From: a virus
Lineage: Duplodnaviria > Caudoviricetes
Virus record (IMG/VR): IMGVR_UViG_3300037311_000518
Location: 1-55,924 of that record
Reading direction: 5' to 3' (one strand)
Length of the DNA: 55,924 nucleotides
Below, in pieces: positions 35,695-45,169 of this stretch (positions are counted from its first letter, which is position 1; the number at the start of each line of letters is the position of its first letter). The notes below the pieces were generated by a model that saw only the letters and a list, made by a program, of their open reading frames with translations, had not been told where the DNA came from and searched no databases. The position numbers and the translations under genes are program-made.

Positions 35695-37013
35695 GCGGCA
35701 TACCTCGATTCGTAAGCCAGGTTTTCAAATCTCATCGTCGGGCCAAGCCATGCGGTCTTAATCATTCCTAAGGGACCGTGCCGATTCTTCTCGATGTTGA
35801 TTTCGGCTATCCCTCGCTCATGGCTGTTTTCGTTGTAGACCTCATCGCGGTACAACATTGCGATGAAATCGGCCTCACGTGTAAGCTCGTCTGAGTTAGC
35901 CAGATCGCCAGCCAAAGGTCGTTTGTCGGCTCGTGTTTCTACTTCGCGCTTGACCTGTGCCAGTGCGATTACCGGAATGTCTAGATCACGTGCCAGGTCT
36001 TTCAGAGTTCGTGCGACCTCAGCGACTTCCTCGTCCCGCTTCTGAGCTTTGCGATAACGGATGCGCTGAACGTAATCGACATACAGGGCCTGTAAACCGT
36101 GCATCGATTTCCACTTGCGGGCGATTCGGCAAACCTCATCTAGGGTCGGAGCAGAACGATCGTAGATATAGAACTTCCGATCCCTCAGGCTGGTTAACGC
36201 ACTGGTCAGTCGTGTCCAGTGCTCAGGCTCCAGCTTCCCGTTGCGGAGGGCTTCGCCTGGGACATTTCCTGTTCTAGCGATTAGACGCTGCGCGAGCTGC
36301 ATCCTTGGTTGCTCGCCAGATATCACGCCGACGACTTTGCCTTCATGGCTTGCATGCTCGGCGAATCCGAACAACAGAGCGGTCTTGCCCATTGATGGAC
36401 GTGCTCCGAAAATCATCAGGTCGCCGTCGTGGCAACCGCCAGTCCGGTCATCCAGCTTCGTGATACCCGTCGGTATCCCGCGAAGTTTTCCGCCTGCCTC
36501 GCATGCCTCATTGATCTCGGCCAAAGCTTCGCGCAATGCAGCATTGAGATCGGATTCATGGTTCGTCGACGTCTTCGACAAGTCCATCAAATCGCGAACG
36601 GCGGAATCGGTCAGGGCTACTGCATCGGAGTCGTCGAACGCCTGACTGGCGATCCTGGTACCGATGTCGATCAGGTTTCTCAGGACCGCTTTATCGCGGA
36701 CGATCTTCGCGTACGCCTCGATGTTTGCCGCCGATGGTGTCGTGTTCGCGATTTCGATGACGTACGCAATACCGCCAACCTGATTAGCACCACCGTTGGA
36801 CTGAAACCACTCGGCCAGAGTGACCGCATCCCTAGGTTGCTGACGATCGGCCAACGAAGCAATTGCACGAAAGATCAGCCGATGGTCATGCCGGTAAAAG
36901 TCAGACTCGGAGAGCTTGCCAGCGATGCGATCCCATGCGCGCTCCGACAGCATCAGGCCGCCAAGCACCGCCTGCTCGGCCTCAATCGAGTTCGGCGGAA
37001 TTCGAATGTTCAC
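35691..37013 (-). CDS. dnaB: replicative DNA helicase (DnaB family)
   Basis: PPNSIEAEQAVLGG, GARPSMGKT, VDYVQ, AQVKR and IEKNRHGP motifs. Confidence 0.95.
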   Translation of the reverse strand: MNIRIPPNSIEAEQAVLGGLMLSERAWDRIAGKLSESDFYRHDHRLIFRAIASLADRQQPRDAVTLAEWFQSNGGANQVGGIAYVIEIANTTPSAANIEAYAKIVRDKAVLRNLIDIGTRIASQAFDDSDAVALTDSAVRDLMDLSKTSTNHESDLNAALREALAEINEACEAGGKLRGIPTGITKLDDRTGGCHDGDLMIFGARPSMGKTALLFGFAEHASHEGKVVGVISGEQPRMQLAQRLIARTGNVPGEALRNGKLEPEHWTRLTSALTSLRDRKFYIYDRSAPTLDEVCRIARKWKSMHGLQALYVDYVQRIRYRKAQKRDEEVAEVARTLKDLARDLDIPVIALAQVKREVETRADKRPLAGDLANSDELTREADFIAMLYRDEVYNENSHERGIAEINIEKNRHGPLGMIKTAWLGPTMRFENLAYESRYAA

Positions 37014-37690
37014 CATTCCTCCCGCTTCGTTCGGGGTGAGACCGCCCCTTTGGGCAGGACGTTGCCCATGACCCATTCCGCCTTGAATCCAGTCCATCCC
37101 CGCTCACAGCAGGCCTTGAGTGCGTCTTCGAAAGACCAGCCAGCCTTTTCCGCTTCCCGCCGTATTCCCCGAACGGCAGTCTCGGTGATTGGGGCCTTTT
37201 TGGCTTTCCGAAGCGCCTTGAAGTCATTGACGACCAAAGGGTCGATTCCGTCGAACAAGTCAGGCGCGGATGCGCCTTTATCGTCTACGCATACGAATAC
37301 GTCTAAGTGTTCATTTGCTATCGTTTGATCAGCATCTGCTATGCATGTGCTAAGCAGTTGATCGTCGGTTGATGGAAACTTGCTTTTCTTTGCTCGCGCC
37401 TGCTGTCTAAAATCCAGCATTTCAAGGTAACGCTCCCCGTCCGATGCCGGGTACACCCTTACAAGACCCGCGTCTGCACAAGCGTGCAGCCACTTGCCTA
37501 CGTCCGAGTCGGAAACCTTGCTTAGCTGTCTTGGATAACACGCCGCCCGCAGCATCCCAGGATCAGCGTAATAACGGCCGAAGTCGTCCACTACCGACAT
37601 CAATCGACGATAGAAGACCTCATCCGCCCATCCCAATTTCGAAATGCGAGAACTTGTGAGAATCCCCTCTCGCAGAATCCTATTTGGCAT
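37010..37690 (-). CDS. phage replication initiator protein
   Basis: MPNRILREGILTS..., DDFGR, C-terminal DF..LRKAKKAP.T...RGW.GF; upstream of the helicase. Confidence 0.8.
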   Translation of the reverse strand: MPNRILREGILTSSRISKLGWADEVFYRRLMSVVDDFGRYYADPGMLRAACYPRQLSKVSDSDVGKWLHACADAGLVRVYPASDGERYLEMLDFRQQARAKKSKFPSTDDQLLSTCIADADQTIANEHLDVFVCVDDKGASAPDLFDGIDPLVVNDFKALRKAKKAPITETAVRGIRREAEKAGWSFEDALKACCERGWTGFKAEWVMGNVLPKGAVSPRTKREEW

Positions 37691-37868
37691 CGCGCCCCTC
37701 CTGGCGATGCAATGCATTGAACAAGTCAATCGGTGATTTCACGCCACAAAGCCGTTGCCATAAATCTGCCCGCTCCGAATCGTCCCGACATCCACGCCGT
37801 AGCGCGTCCAGCGCGACGCTGTACGGAGAATCTGGCGTGATAGGGAGACCGGTGCGGGCGGGTATCAT
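37680..37868 (-). CDS. hypothetical protein
   Basis: Small coupled ORF. Confidence 0.4.
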   Translation of the reverse strand: MIPARTGLPITPDSPYSVALDALRRGCRDDSERADLWQRLCGVKSPIDLFNALHRQEGRDAK

Positions 37869-38065
37869 CGTTTTCCCATCGCCTTTCTGAGCCACGACGA
37901 CACGCGCGAATCCTCCGGTGTGAACTCGATGATCGGGTCCACGTCCTGCGGACGAGCAAATGACATGCGCTCGCTGCCATCGATCTGCACGGCCAAACCA
38001 AGCACGGTGGCCTCGCGGTCCTTGTCGGGTCCCGTCAGAATCCGAACTCGGGAGCCGGGTTTCAC
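37865..38065 (-). CDS. KOW-motif small protein
   Basis: KPGSRVRILTGPDKDREATV. Confidence 0.5.
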   Translation of the reverse strand: MKPGSRVRILTGPDKDREATVLGLAVQIDGSERMSFARPQDVDPIIEFTPEDSRVSSWLRKAMGKR

Positions 38066-38177
38066 GGCCGTACCTTGAAACCGATGTGATCGGCAGCGAT
38101 CAGGAACACGGCTGCCACGCAACACGAGACGACGCCGATCAAGACAAACGGAATCGCAATGATCGTTCGGAGGGTTT

Positions 38178-38399
38178 TCACGAATGACCCTCCGTCTTAG
38201 ATCCACAGTTGTCTCTTACGCGGCACTGATAAAAGAGCTTGCCATCAATGCTGATATTTGAAATAAAGTTGGTAACCTCATCGTGATCCATATCCGTGAG
38301 GCATGGCCCTGACCATTCAACAGATACGCCTCTTACACAAATACCCATCTCGGCGATTTCTCGTATAGCTTGGAAGATGATCTCGCGCGGGGTTCTCAT
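38178..38399 (-). CDS. hypothetical protein
   Basis: ATGA overlap with the upstream gene. Confidence 0.45.
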   Translation of the reverse strand: MRTPREIIFQAIREIAEMGICVRGVSVEWSGPCLTDMDHDEVTNFISNISIDGKLFYQCRVRDNCGSKTEGHS

Positions 38400-38782
38400 G
38401 CCGCCTTACTCCATGCCGCTATGGTTGCTGTGACGGCAGCGCGGTTGCGATCGCGCTCCGTTACCTTCCCGGTCATCGCACGAAGCTGTTCCTGTCGCTG
38501 TCGATATTGGCGCAGCAGGTTGCAGCCGGTCGCGAAGCAAAACAGCGCCACCTTGTTTTCCGGCATCGATTTTTTCCCTCGCCTGATCTCGCTCAAATAG
38601 CTGTCCGATGACCAGCCGCACAATTGCGCAATCTGCACCTGTGTCCGCCCATACTTTGCCCGGCATATCTCGATCGATCGTGCAATCGCCTGATCATCTG
38701 ACCTGCATAACTTGACCACGCGACCAGGCACGTCGATCGGATCTTGGATACCACTAACCCACGGAAAAGATTGTTGATTCAC
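38396..38782 (-). CDS. CII-like/HTH transcriptional regulator
   Basis: TQVQIAQLCGWSSDSYLSEIRRGKK HTH; position between cro and the replication genes. Confidence 0.6.
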   Translation of the reverse strand: MNQQSFPWVSGIQDPIDVPGRVVKLCRSDDQAIARSIEICRAKYGRTQVQIAQLCGWSSDSYLSEIRRGKKSMPENKVALFCFATGCNLLRQYRQRQEQLRAMTGKVTERDRNRAAVTATIAAWSKAA

Positions 38783-38848
38783 AAAAATTCGCCCCTGTTC
38801 GCAAATGTTCGCTTTAGTTCGCAAAAGGCAGTGGGTTAAAAAGTCAGC

Positions 38849-39076
38849 ATGAACATCGATAAACGAATTCAAAGTGCGCTCGCCCGCATCCGGCGTATTA
38901 AGAACTACGGCGAGAATGTGATCTGTTTTGAGCGGGTCTTGCTTCAACGCGAACTCAGAGCCGCTCGAGAACGAATGAGCGGCGACGAGTGGTCGGCTTT
39001 CATGGGGCAACTCGTAAGGGCCCTGGCGCATCGCGGGGACCGCGTGGCATGTCGAGAGGACGATCGCCGTGAATAG
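38849..39076 (+). CDS. hypothetical protein (counter-oriented)
   Basis: 75 aa helical ORF divergent from the CII-like gene. Confidence 0.4.
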   Translation: MNIDKRIQSALARIRRIKNYGENVICFERVLLQRELRAARERMSGDEWSAFMGQLVRALAHRGDRVACREDDRRE

Positions 39077-39213
39077 GCAGCCGGTGAGCCCAACCAAGCG
39101 CCACGGAGCGCCACACATCGAATCATTCGACATGAGTGACCCCGCTGGGATTGGAACCGCCCTGCCCCCGGTATGCTGGCTGCGCCCCAACAAGCACACC
39201 AAGGGAGGGCGAT

Positions 39214-39585
39214 ATGGGAATAAGCACACCGCATGGCGCTGTGCAGGCCGCGCTCGGCATGACAGCCATTACCACGTACTGGCTGATCTGGACCTGGATC
39301 GTCATTGCGCACCTGTTTCTGATCCAAATAGCCGTGATAGCCATTTGGGTAACAGGGGCCACCTTCGACGACGTTTCTGCCTGGCTATCTGCATTGCTTC
39401 AAACCAGAATTGCCGCAGCTCTGTCAGTTCTTGGTCTGTCAATCCTGCTGCTGGTTGGTCTGTACTGGCGAATTGTGAAATTGGCGCATGGCCTGATTGG
39501 CAATCCTGGGTCGAGGATCCACCGGGCGATCGAGGATGTGATCCGCAAAGCGGCGGAACGATACGATCACGACGCGCGGGGTTGA
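39214..39585 (+). CDS. multi-TM membrane protein (counter-oriented moron)
   Basis: SD GGGAGG before ATG 39214; two to three hydrophobic segments. Confidence 0.5.
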   Translation: MGISTPHGAVQAALGMTAITTYWLIWTWIVIAHLFLIQIAVIAIWVTGATFDDVSAWLSALLQTRIAAALSVLGLSILLLVGLYWRIVKLAHGLIGNPGSRIHRAIEDVIRKAAERYDHDARG

Positions 39586-39684
39586 TCTCGCTCATCTCAC
39601 GCCGCCTCCCGATCGATCGGCGACGGCCCGAAGATGTTGGGGCGCTGATACGATCTGCCTCTCGATGGGAAATGGGAGACAGCC

Positions 39685-39900
39685 ATGGAACGACTCGGGC
39701 CGCACAATCTGACGCGAACGGAGATACTCATCCTGACCGCCTCGGCCAGCCACAAAGCCGACGAGCTAATTCAGCAAGCCGAGGACGCCGGCGAATCGAT
39801 CGAGCGACCGACTGCGGTACGCATAGCTCTAAGCGCCCTGTTTCAGGACATGGAATTAGTCCGCGATCCGGTAGCGAAGGCATACGTTCGGTCCAATTAG
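39685..39900 (+). CDS. hypothetical protein (counter-oriented)
   Basis: SD GGAG before the ATG. Confidence 0.45.
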   Translation: MERLGPHNLTRTEILILTASASHKADELIQQAEDAGESIERPTAVRIALSALFQDMELVRDPVAKAYVRSN

Positions 39901-40119
39901 ATTCATGCGGCATTTCTGGCGGCCCTCTGCTTCGGAGCGGATGCTTTCGTGACGCCGACTTTTCGGCCGTCTGGCTGATACGATCCGATCATGGGATTGT
40001 TGGGAAAACTCAAAACGCGCATCGCGCGATGGTGGCAAGGGACGTACATTCCGCCTCCGAAAAACAATCCCGCAAGTCGGCTGGTTTTCATCTCGACTGG
40101 TCGATACGAACGGCCGGCC

Positions 40120-40476
40120 CTACGCCGAGCGCTCGACGCCTCCTTGAGCTGGTTGAGAAAGAACACCGACACGATCGCCTCGCGGGTCATCGCTGGAGCA
40201 ATCCTTGGCGTGCTCGGATTTCTTGGGATCGTTGGCTGGCGCTGGCTGTTTGGCTGACCCGGGCACAAGAGACAGGCCGGCATCTAGCACAATCGCCGGC
40301 ACATCGAATGGCATGGTTTGAAGAAGCCGGACCAGCGCCTCTCGCTCGTAATGTCGCAGTGGGCGTTCGGACGTCAGGACCAATGTCTGCCCCGGTTGAA
40401 GCGCGTCAATCACGTGTAACGCCTCTGTCGAAAAGAGAGGCTTGTGGCGGAACCACGAAAAGATGCGCGCGAGCAT
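40120..40476 (-). CDS. hypothetical protein downstream of cro
   Basis: TAATG coupling to the cro stop. Confidence 0.4.
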   Translation of the reverse strand: MLARIFSWFRHKPLFSTEALHVIDALQPGQTLVLTSERPLRHYEREALVRLLQTMPFDVPAIVLDAGLSLVPGSAKQPAPANDPKKSEHAKDCSSDDPRGDRVGVLSQPAQGGVERSA

Positions 40477-40730
40477 TAGGCGGCCTCTCGCTTAGGGCCG
40501 ACCGCGACCTTCCGCCCGTCTGGCAGGGTGTGCCATTCGACGTCGGAGCGGAGGATTTCGCAGGGGATGCCGGTGGCGGCTTCGATAGCGGGGCATCGGT
40601 CGGGAGGGATGGGCCTTTTATCGACTCGCCATTCATTCACCTGCTGGGGGAACGCATTGATTTTTCTGGCAAGTTCAGCCTGTGATCCGGCGGCGGCGAT
40701 CGCTCGTTCGATTGGATTTGGCTCGGACAT
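40476..40730 (-). CDS. cro: Cro-like (YdaS family) repressor
   Basis: AIAAAGSQAELAR...QQVNEW...IPPDRCPAIEAATG...LRSDVEW. Confidence 0.88.
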   Translation of the reverse strand: MSEPNPIERAIAAAGSQAELARKINAFPQQVNEWRVDKRPIPPDRCPAIEAATGIPCEILRSDVEWHTLPDGRKVAVGPKREAA

Positions 40731-40737
40731 GATGAAA

Positions 40738-40778
40738 CTAAAGCATAGCTTTAGCAAGAAAGTCAAGCGACGCTTTCT
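40738..40778. promoter_or_regulatory. OR operator pair overlapping the PR promoter
   Basis: Perfect palindrome CTAAAGC-ATA-GCTTTAG (40738-40754) and GTCAAGC-GAC-GCTTTCT (40762-40778); minus-strand TTGACT-18-TTTAGT. Confidence 0.75.
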
Positions 40779-40812
40779 TACCCAGCCAGGCGATGCGTCG
40801 CATCATCAATCC

Positions 40813-41319
40813 ATGCTTGATAATTCAGAATTGGCGCGAAGGATCCGCTTCGCCATTGAAAAAGCGGGGAGAGGGACGGCCGCCAGGATCGTTCGAGAGA
40901 TCGAGAGGGCGAAGGAAAGCTTCACGGCACAGGCCATTACCGGATGGAAGCGCACGGGAAAGATTGATAGAGCCCATATCCCTGTCCTTGCTAAGGAGAC
41001 CGGACGCAGAATTGATTATTTTCTGGATGCGTCGGTTTCTGACGATGAATCCCTCGACGCGTCTCAGTTCGCGCGACTCCGCCGAGAAACACTGGTGAAC
41101 ATAATCAATGCCGCCGAGGAATCGAGCGACGGGCTGACTGAAAAGGGCCTGTTAAAGGCATTCGATTTGCTGGTCGGTCCTGATGCGGAAATACACGACG
41201 TTCCGGACCAAGATAAATCACGGAAGCCGGACGCGAAAGAAGATGCCGCTGACGAGGGACGAGATCAAGGAACTAGCGCAAATCCTCGACGCGCGCGCGG
41301 GCCTGGAAAGAAGGGCTAA
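40813..41319 (+). CDS. CI-like repressor (N-terminal HTH, no S24 peptidase motif)
   Basis: Divergent from cro; ELARRIRFAI...TAQAITGWKRTGKID....VLAKETGR.IDYFL. Confidence 0.75.
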   Translation: MLDNSELARRIRFAIEKAGRGTAARIVREIERAKESFTAQAITGWKRTGKIDRAHIPVLAKETGRRIDYFLDASVSDDESLDASQFARLRRETLVNIINAAEESSDGLTEKGLLKAFDLLVGPDAEIHDVPDQDKSRKPDAKEDAADEGRDQGTSANPRRARGPGKKG

Positions 41320-41704
41320 ACCCAAGCTCCGCCTGATCACCCCACCGACCCCGAGGCTGCTGGATCACATCGCCCGCGAGGCGCACCTGAAACGGATTCT
41401 GTGGCTGGCCCGGTCCTACCGGCTGGAATGGCTCGTTGACCAGGCGACCTTCGGCGTGGCGTCAGTCACGCTGCTGGAGGACTGCGACCTGATCCGGCTG
41501 CTGCTCGACATGGAGCGTGCGCGCGAGTGCATTGCGGACGGCGTTTCGTTCGAGGATGCGGACCTTGTGCGCAACGTGACGGAGCCGGGCACGGCGTCGA
41601 GGATCAGTCGGCAGCTTGAGGCCGAAGCAGATCGCGCGTCGATTGCCGTCGAACGGATGGTCGCCCGCCTGCACAAGAAGTCTCCGGCAGAGCCGCCGTT
41701 TTAG
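41243..41704 (+). CDS. hypothetical protein cotranscribed with the repressor
   Basis: 153 aa helical ORF overlapping the CI 3' end. Confidence 0.6.
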   Translation: MPLTRDEIKELAQILDARAGLERRAKPKLRLITPPTPRLLDHIAREAHLKRILWLARSYRLEWLVDQATFGVASVTLLEDCDLIRLLLDMERARECIADGVSFEDADLVRNVTEPGTASRISRQLEAEADRASIAVERMVARLHKKSPAEPPF

Positions 41705-41723
41705 GGCGACCCGCAGGAATTGG

Positions 41724-42692
41724 TTATTGGGCCTCGATTTCAGCCTGCAACCGGGCGATTTCGGCTTGGATCGCCGACATGCTGTAGGACTTGCCCTCGA
41801 TCACGATGGACTCAGGCGTTGTGCCTGCTGTGCTCGCATCAGCCTTGGCATCCAAAGTCGCGCTCATATCCAGGTTCGGATCAGTTTTCAAAACCCCCTG
41901 CTGGCTGTCGGCAGCCTGTTCGGCAAGGGTATTGCCCATCATTCGTTTTCCGATCGATGGCAACCCAGCGCCCGTGAGCGAAGTCCCCTTGCGATACGTC
42001 CAAGAGCGGCCGATCAGGGTATCTACGCTGTTGTTGAAGGCGTATGCCGTGTAGTGCGTGCTCGAGCTATCCAGCAGCACCAGCCATCTGGGCAAAGATG
42101 GATTGTCCGTGAGTCCACCCAATGCAACCCGAGATGCCGCACCATCCACTCTCCGGCCGCGGAAGCCGCCTGAAACCGAAGTATCGAGATCCTGAAACCA
42201 GAGGATTTCCCCAAAGTAGATGCCCAATGACCCGTCGACGAAGGTCCAGATGCCGAGCATGATGTTGGGGTCGCTCAGGCTGTTCGCCATGTAAATCTGT
42301 CGCTGAATCGGGATCACAATCCCGCCGGGCAGAAGTATCTGGCCAGTCGTCGGTGACGTGAATTCGAAGGTCGCCTGCCCCTGGTCGCCTAGTGTTGGGG
42401 CGCGATAGGGGCACCCGAAACACTGACCGTTCGTCGCAGAGGCCCAGTAGCCCGTCATGCGACCGGTGTCGCTGTTCAGGCGCCCGAACGTGGTGAAAAA
42501 CGCCGACTGGACGCCGTTGGGCTGGAACCCGTAATAGGTCACGAAAATGCCGTCGTCCTGCAACTCTATGCCGTATCCGCGACCAGACTCGGCCGGGTTC
42601 CACCACATGCCCGGCTCCGGGATCACCGCCTGAGCCTGCGCGCAAAACCCAAGAACTGCCGCCAACAAGGCTGAATTGATCGATCTGAACAT
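41724..42692 (-). CDS. secreted protein with WWNPAESGRG motif (moron)
   Basis: Signal peptide ending AQA; SD GGAG; located in the immunity region. Confidence 0.75.
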   Translation of the reverse strand: MFRSINSALLAAVLGFCAQAQAVIPEPGMWWNPAESGRGYGIELQDDGIFVTYYGFQPNGVQSAFFTTFGRLNSDTGRMTGYWASATNGQCFGCPYRAPTLGDQGQATFEFTSPTTGQILLPGGIVIPIQRQIYMANSLSDPNIMLGIWTFVDGSLGIYFGEILWFQDLDTSVSGGFRGRRVDGAASRVALGGLTDNPSLPRWLVLLDSSSTHYTAYAFNNSVDTLIGRSWTYRKGTSLTGAGLPSIGKRMMGNTLAEQAADSQQGVLKTDPNLDMSATLDAKADASTAGTTPESIVIEGKSYSMSAIQAEIARLQAEIEAQ

Positions 42693-42841
42693 CCTGTGTC
42701 TCTCCAGTAAGGCCATCGGCCATTCCCTGTAAGGATGCCTCAACACGCAGGCTGTCTCACCCGCCGTTGCACAAGTTCACCCTTACGATAGACGGAAACT
42801 ATCGATCTGTTCGAATCGATCGCGCCAATCCATGAAGAAAA

Positions 42842-42882
42842 CTAAAGCTGCGCTTGACATATAACTAAAGCGATGCTTTACT
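42842..42882 (+). promoter_or_regulatory. OL operator pair overlapping the PL promoter
   Basis: CTAAAGC-TGC-GCTTGAC (42842-42858) and CTAAAGC-GAT-GCTTTAC (42865-42881); TTGACA-17-TTTACT. Confidence 0.78.
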
Positions 42883-42967
42883 TGCCCCATCCACAGGAGA
42901 TGGGCGGATGGGGATCACGGGGAATATGTTGGAGCTGGTGCGGGGCGAAATGCCTCTGCACCACCCC

Positions 42968-43483
42968 CTACCCATCGCGTGGCTTCGGAAGCACGAGATC
43001 GAAGCTGGCCCGTGCGACTTTCCCGCTTCCGTAGGCGACCAGTCCGCAGTCCGTGCAGGCGTAGCAACGGGGATGATTACTGACGGTTGGGAAGTCTGTT
43101 CCGTGCTCGGTGAGCAGCAGGACGGCGGAGCGTGGCTCAAGACGCTGCGGAAGCGGAATGTACTGGCGCTGATTCTGCACAAGCGCAATGTGACCTTGCG
43201 GCCTGAGCCGCAACAGCTTTCGGGCGAGCTTCATGGCCCAGCCGTCTTTTTCCACTCCCTGCCAAGTGCAGAAGCCTGCGGAGTAGACCGTTACGGCTAT
43301 GAACCCGGTGTTTATGACCTTGACAGCGAGGCGATCCGGCTCGTCTCCGCCCTCGAACCGTACTTTGACGCACTCGACCTTCAATCGGGCGATGTCCTTC
43401 CACCAGGCACGGAAGGCGTTGTAGATGCCGAGGACAGCGCCGAGGACGGCAATGGCAAGCGTAGTGATGTCGATCCACGTCAT
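42968..43483 (-). CDS. N-terminally membrane-anchored protein (sieB-like position)
   Basis: SD GGAGG; TM segment ITTLAIAVLGAVLGIYNAF; antisense within the PL operon. Confidence 0.65.
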   Translation of the reverse strand: MTWIDITTLAIAVLGAVLGIYNAFRAWWKDIARLKVECVKVRFEGGDEPDRLAVKVINTGFIAVTVYSAGFCTWQGVEKDGWAMKLARKLLRLRPQGHIALVQNQRQYIPLPQRLEPRSAVLLLTEHGTDFPTVSNHPRCYACTDCGLVAYGSGKVARASFDLVLPKPRDG

Positions 43484-43655
43484 ATCGGCGCCTCCTATCC
43501 GAGCGCAGATCGTAACGCGGAGGCAGGCCAATGATCCGCCGCGCCCTCATCCTTATTGCCGTGGCCGTCGGCGCCCTTGCCGCGATAAAGCTGTTCACCA
43601 GCATCGGCGCCGACCTCAAAGCCGCAAGCGAGTGCCGGGCACTGCGGGGTGATCT

Positions 43656-43967
43656 GTGATCGCCGTGCCGACTCATGATGCGGCGTACGAGCGCGATGTG
43701 CTCAGTCAGGACGCCATCGAGCGCATGGCGTTGCTGATGGCCAGTGACCCACACGCCATTGCGAAACACGTGCTGGTCGAGACAACGTTGCAGGACTCGA
43801 CCAAACGCATGATCGCGCATTGGATCGTTCGCGGGATCGAGTCCGGCGCGTTGCCGGGGCGAATCCGGGACGAGTTTTTCGCCGAAATGTGCGGTCCCCG
43901 TGCGTACGGGATCTGCCCGGCCGAAGAAGAGCTGCGCGAGGCTCGCGAGCTGGCGGTGCAGCCATGA
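43656..43967 (+). CDS. hypothetical protein
   Basis: Coupled ORF in the PL operon. Confidence 0.5.
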   Translation: MIAVPTHDAAYERDVLSQDAIERMALLMASDPHAIAKHVLVETTLQDSTKRMIAHWIVRGIESGALPGRIRDEFFAEMCGPRAYGICPAEEELREARELAVQP

Positions 43968-44109
43968 GCGCGACAGTCACCGACATCACCCGCATTCGCG
44001 CGGTTGCCGTACGCGTAGAGCGTCGCGCGATCGCAGGCGGTTGCAATCGCGACGTTGCGAGGTTGCTGAGTCGTCGGGGTACGAAACCAAATCCGAAGGG
44101 AGCTGCGTG

Positions 44110-44352
44110 ATGAGCGAGCGCAAGAATGTCGGCGGCGAGATCGCTTTCGATCCTCGCCATACTTGCAAGCGATCTGACATCGCAACATTGGATCACGGTC
44201 GTCCTGACGGATCACCGATCGTCAATCGCGTTTGCTTGACCTGCCTGACGCACTGGTACGGGGAAGCTGGAGTCGCAGTGTTTGAGTTTCCGCGTCGAGT
44301 CTGGGAAGCATGGATGACAACCGGACTTATCAGCAAGGGCGGCTCGGCATGA
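44110..44352 (+). CDS. hypothetical Cys-containing protein
   Basis: SD GGAG; HTC...CLTC. Confidence 0.5.
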   Translation: MSERKNVGGEIAFDPRHTCKRSDIATLDHGRPDGSPIVNRVCLTCLTHWYGEAGVAVFEFPRRVWEAWMTTGLISKGGSA

Positions 44353-44564
44353 CCGCATTCCCGCACATCCGCGACCCGCAGCGCGAATCGATCTTCGATG
44401 ACATCGAGCAAATGAAGGCGCTTGGCGAATCTCTGAATCCGACGCGCTCGAACCTGATGCAAATGTTCGATGCGATCTGTCGGCCGGTTATCCACTCCAC
44501 CCGAAACAACGCCCCGCGCGCCGAACAGTACACGGCCGCGCAGGTTATGGGAGACGAGCCATGA
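44349..44564 (+). CDS. hypothetical protein
   Basis: ATGA overlaps. Confidence 0.4.
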   Translation: MTAFPHIRDPQRESIFDDIEQMKALGESLNPTRSNLMQMFDAICRPVIHSTRNNAPRAEQYTAAQVMGDEP

Positions 44565-44667
44565 ACCGCCGCCGCACTGACCGAAAGCCGTACATCACGC
44601 TCGGCCCGCTGCCGTGGTTTGTCATGACACTAACAGTGCTGATTGTTGCGTATATCGAGGTGACGAA

Positions 44668-44871
44668 ATGATGCAGAAATCAGAATGGGCGTACGACGCC
44701 CCGAAGTGTCCGAACGATCACGACCCGCTGCATGTGACGCACCTTGCGCACGGCGGACAGCATGCATACGAGTGCAACCGATGCCAGATGCGGACCAGGA
44801 AGCACGCGGAAGAGTCCGACGCGCTGAACGAATGGGCGCGGATGGTTGCGCCGGTCGAGATCGCCGCATGA
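44668..44871 (+). CDS. small zinc-ribbon (Lar-like) protein
   Basis: CP...YECNRC...DALNEW. Confidence 0.45.
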   Translation: MMQKSEWAYDAPKCPNDHDPLHVTHLAHGGQHAYECNRCQMRTRKHAEESDALNEWARMVAPVEIAA

Positions 44872-45169
44872 ATCATCCACAGAGCCGCACTGTGCCGGTA
44901 ACGCGCCCTCTCCTGCGCGATCCGGACTTCTCCCCGTCGTGCCCGCCGACGATGCGGCAGCGGGCAATTTTTCAACGGACAGGAATGTGCAGTGGTGATG
45001 CGCAGCGAGAAGCAGGACGCGGCCGCTACCTACAAGGTCCGGCCGGCCTAGGTAACTGGATGCACGATGCGGTCAAGCCGGAGATCACCGCCGGCCCTGT
45101 CCACCCTTTTATCCGCGCTCGCCCCTGTCACTCCTGCGGGCGCGGGCTTGTATTCGATGAGGAAATGAA

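Noticed and set aside
39069-40685. 538-aa plus-strand ORF
   Set aside because: Arg/Ser-rich with no motifs, antisense to cro and overlapping better ORFs; a GC-rich shadow frame
42908-43534. 208-aa plus-strand ORF directly after PL, as an N-like antiterminator
   Set aside because: Fully overlaps the minus-strand TM gene, which has a better SD and more protein-like composition; no Arg-rich N motif. Only its first codons might be real.
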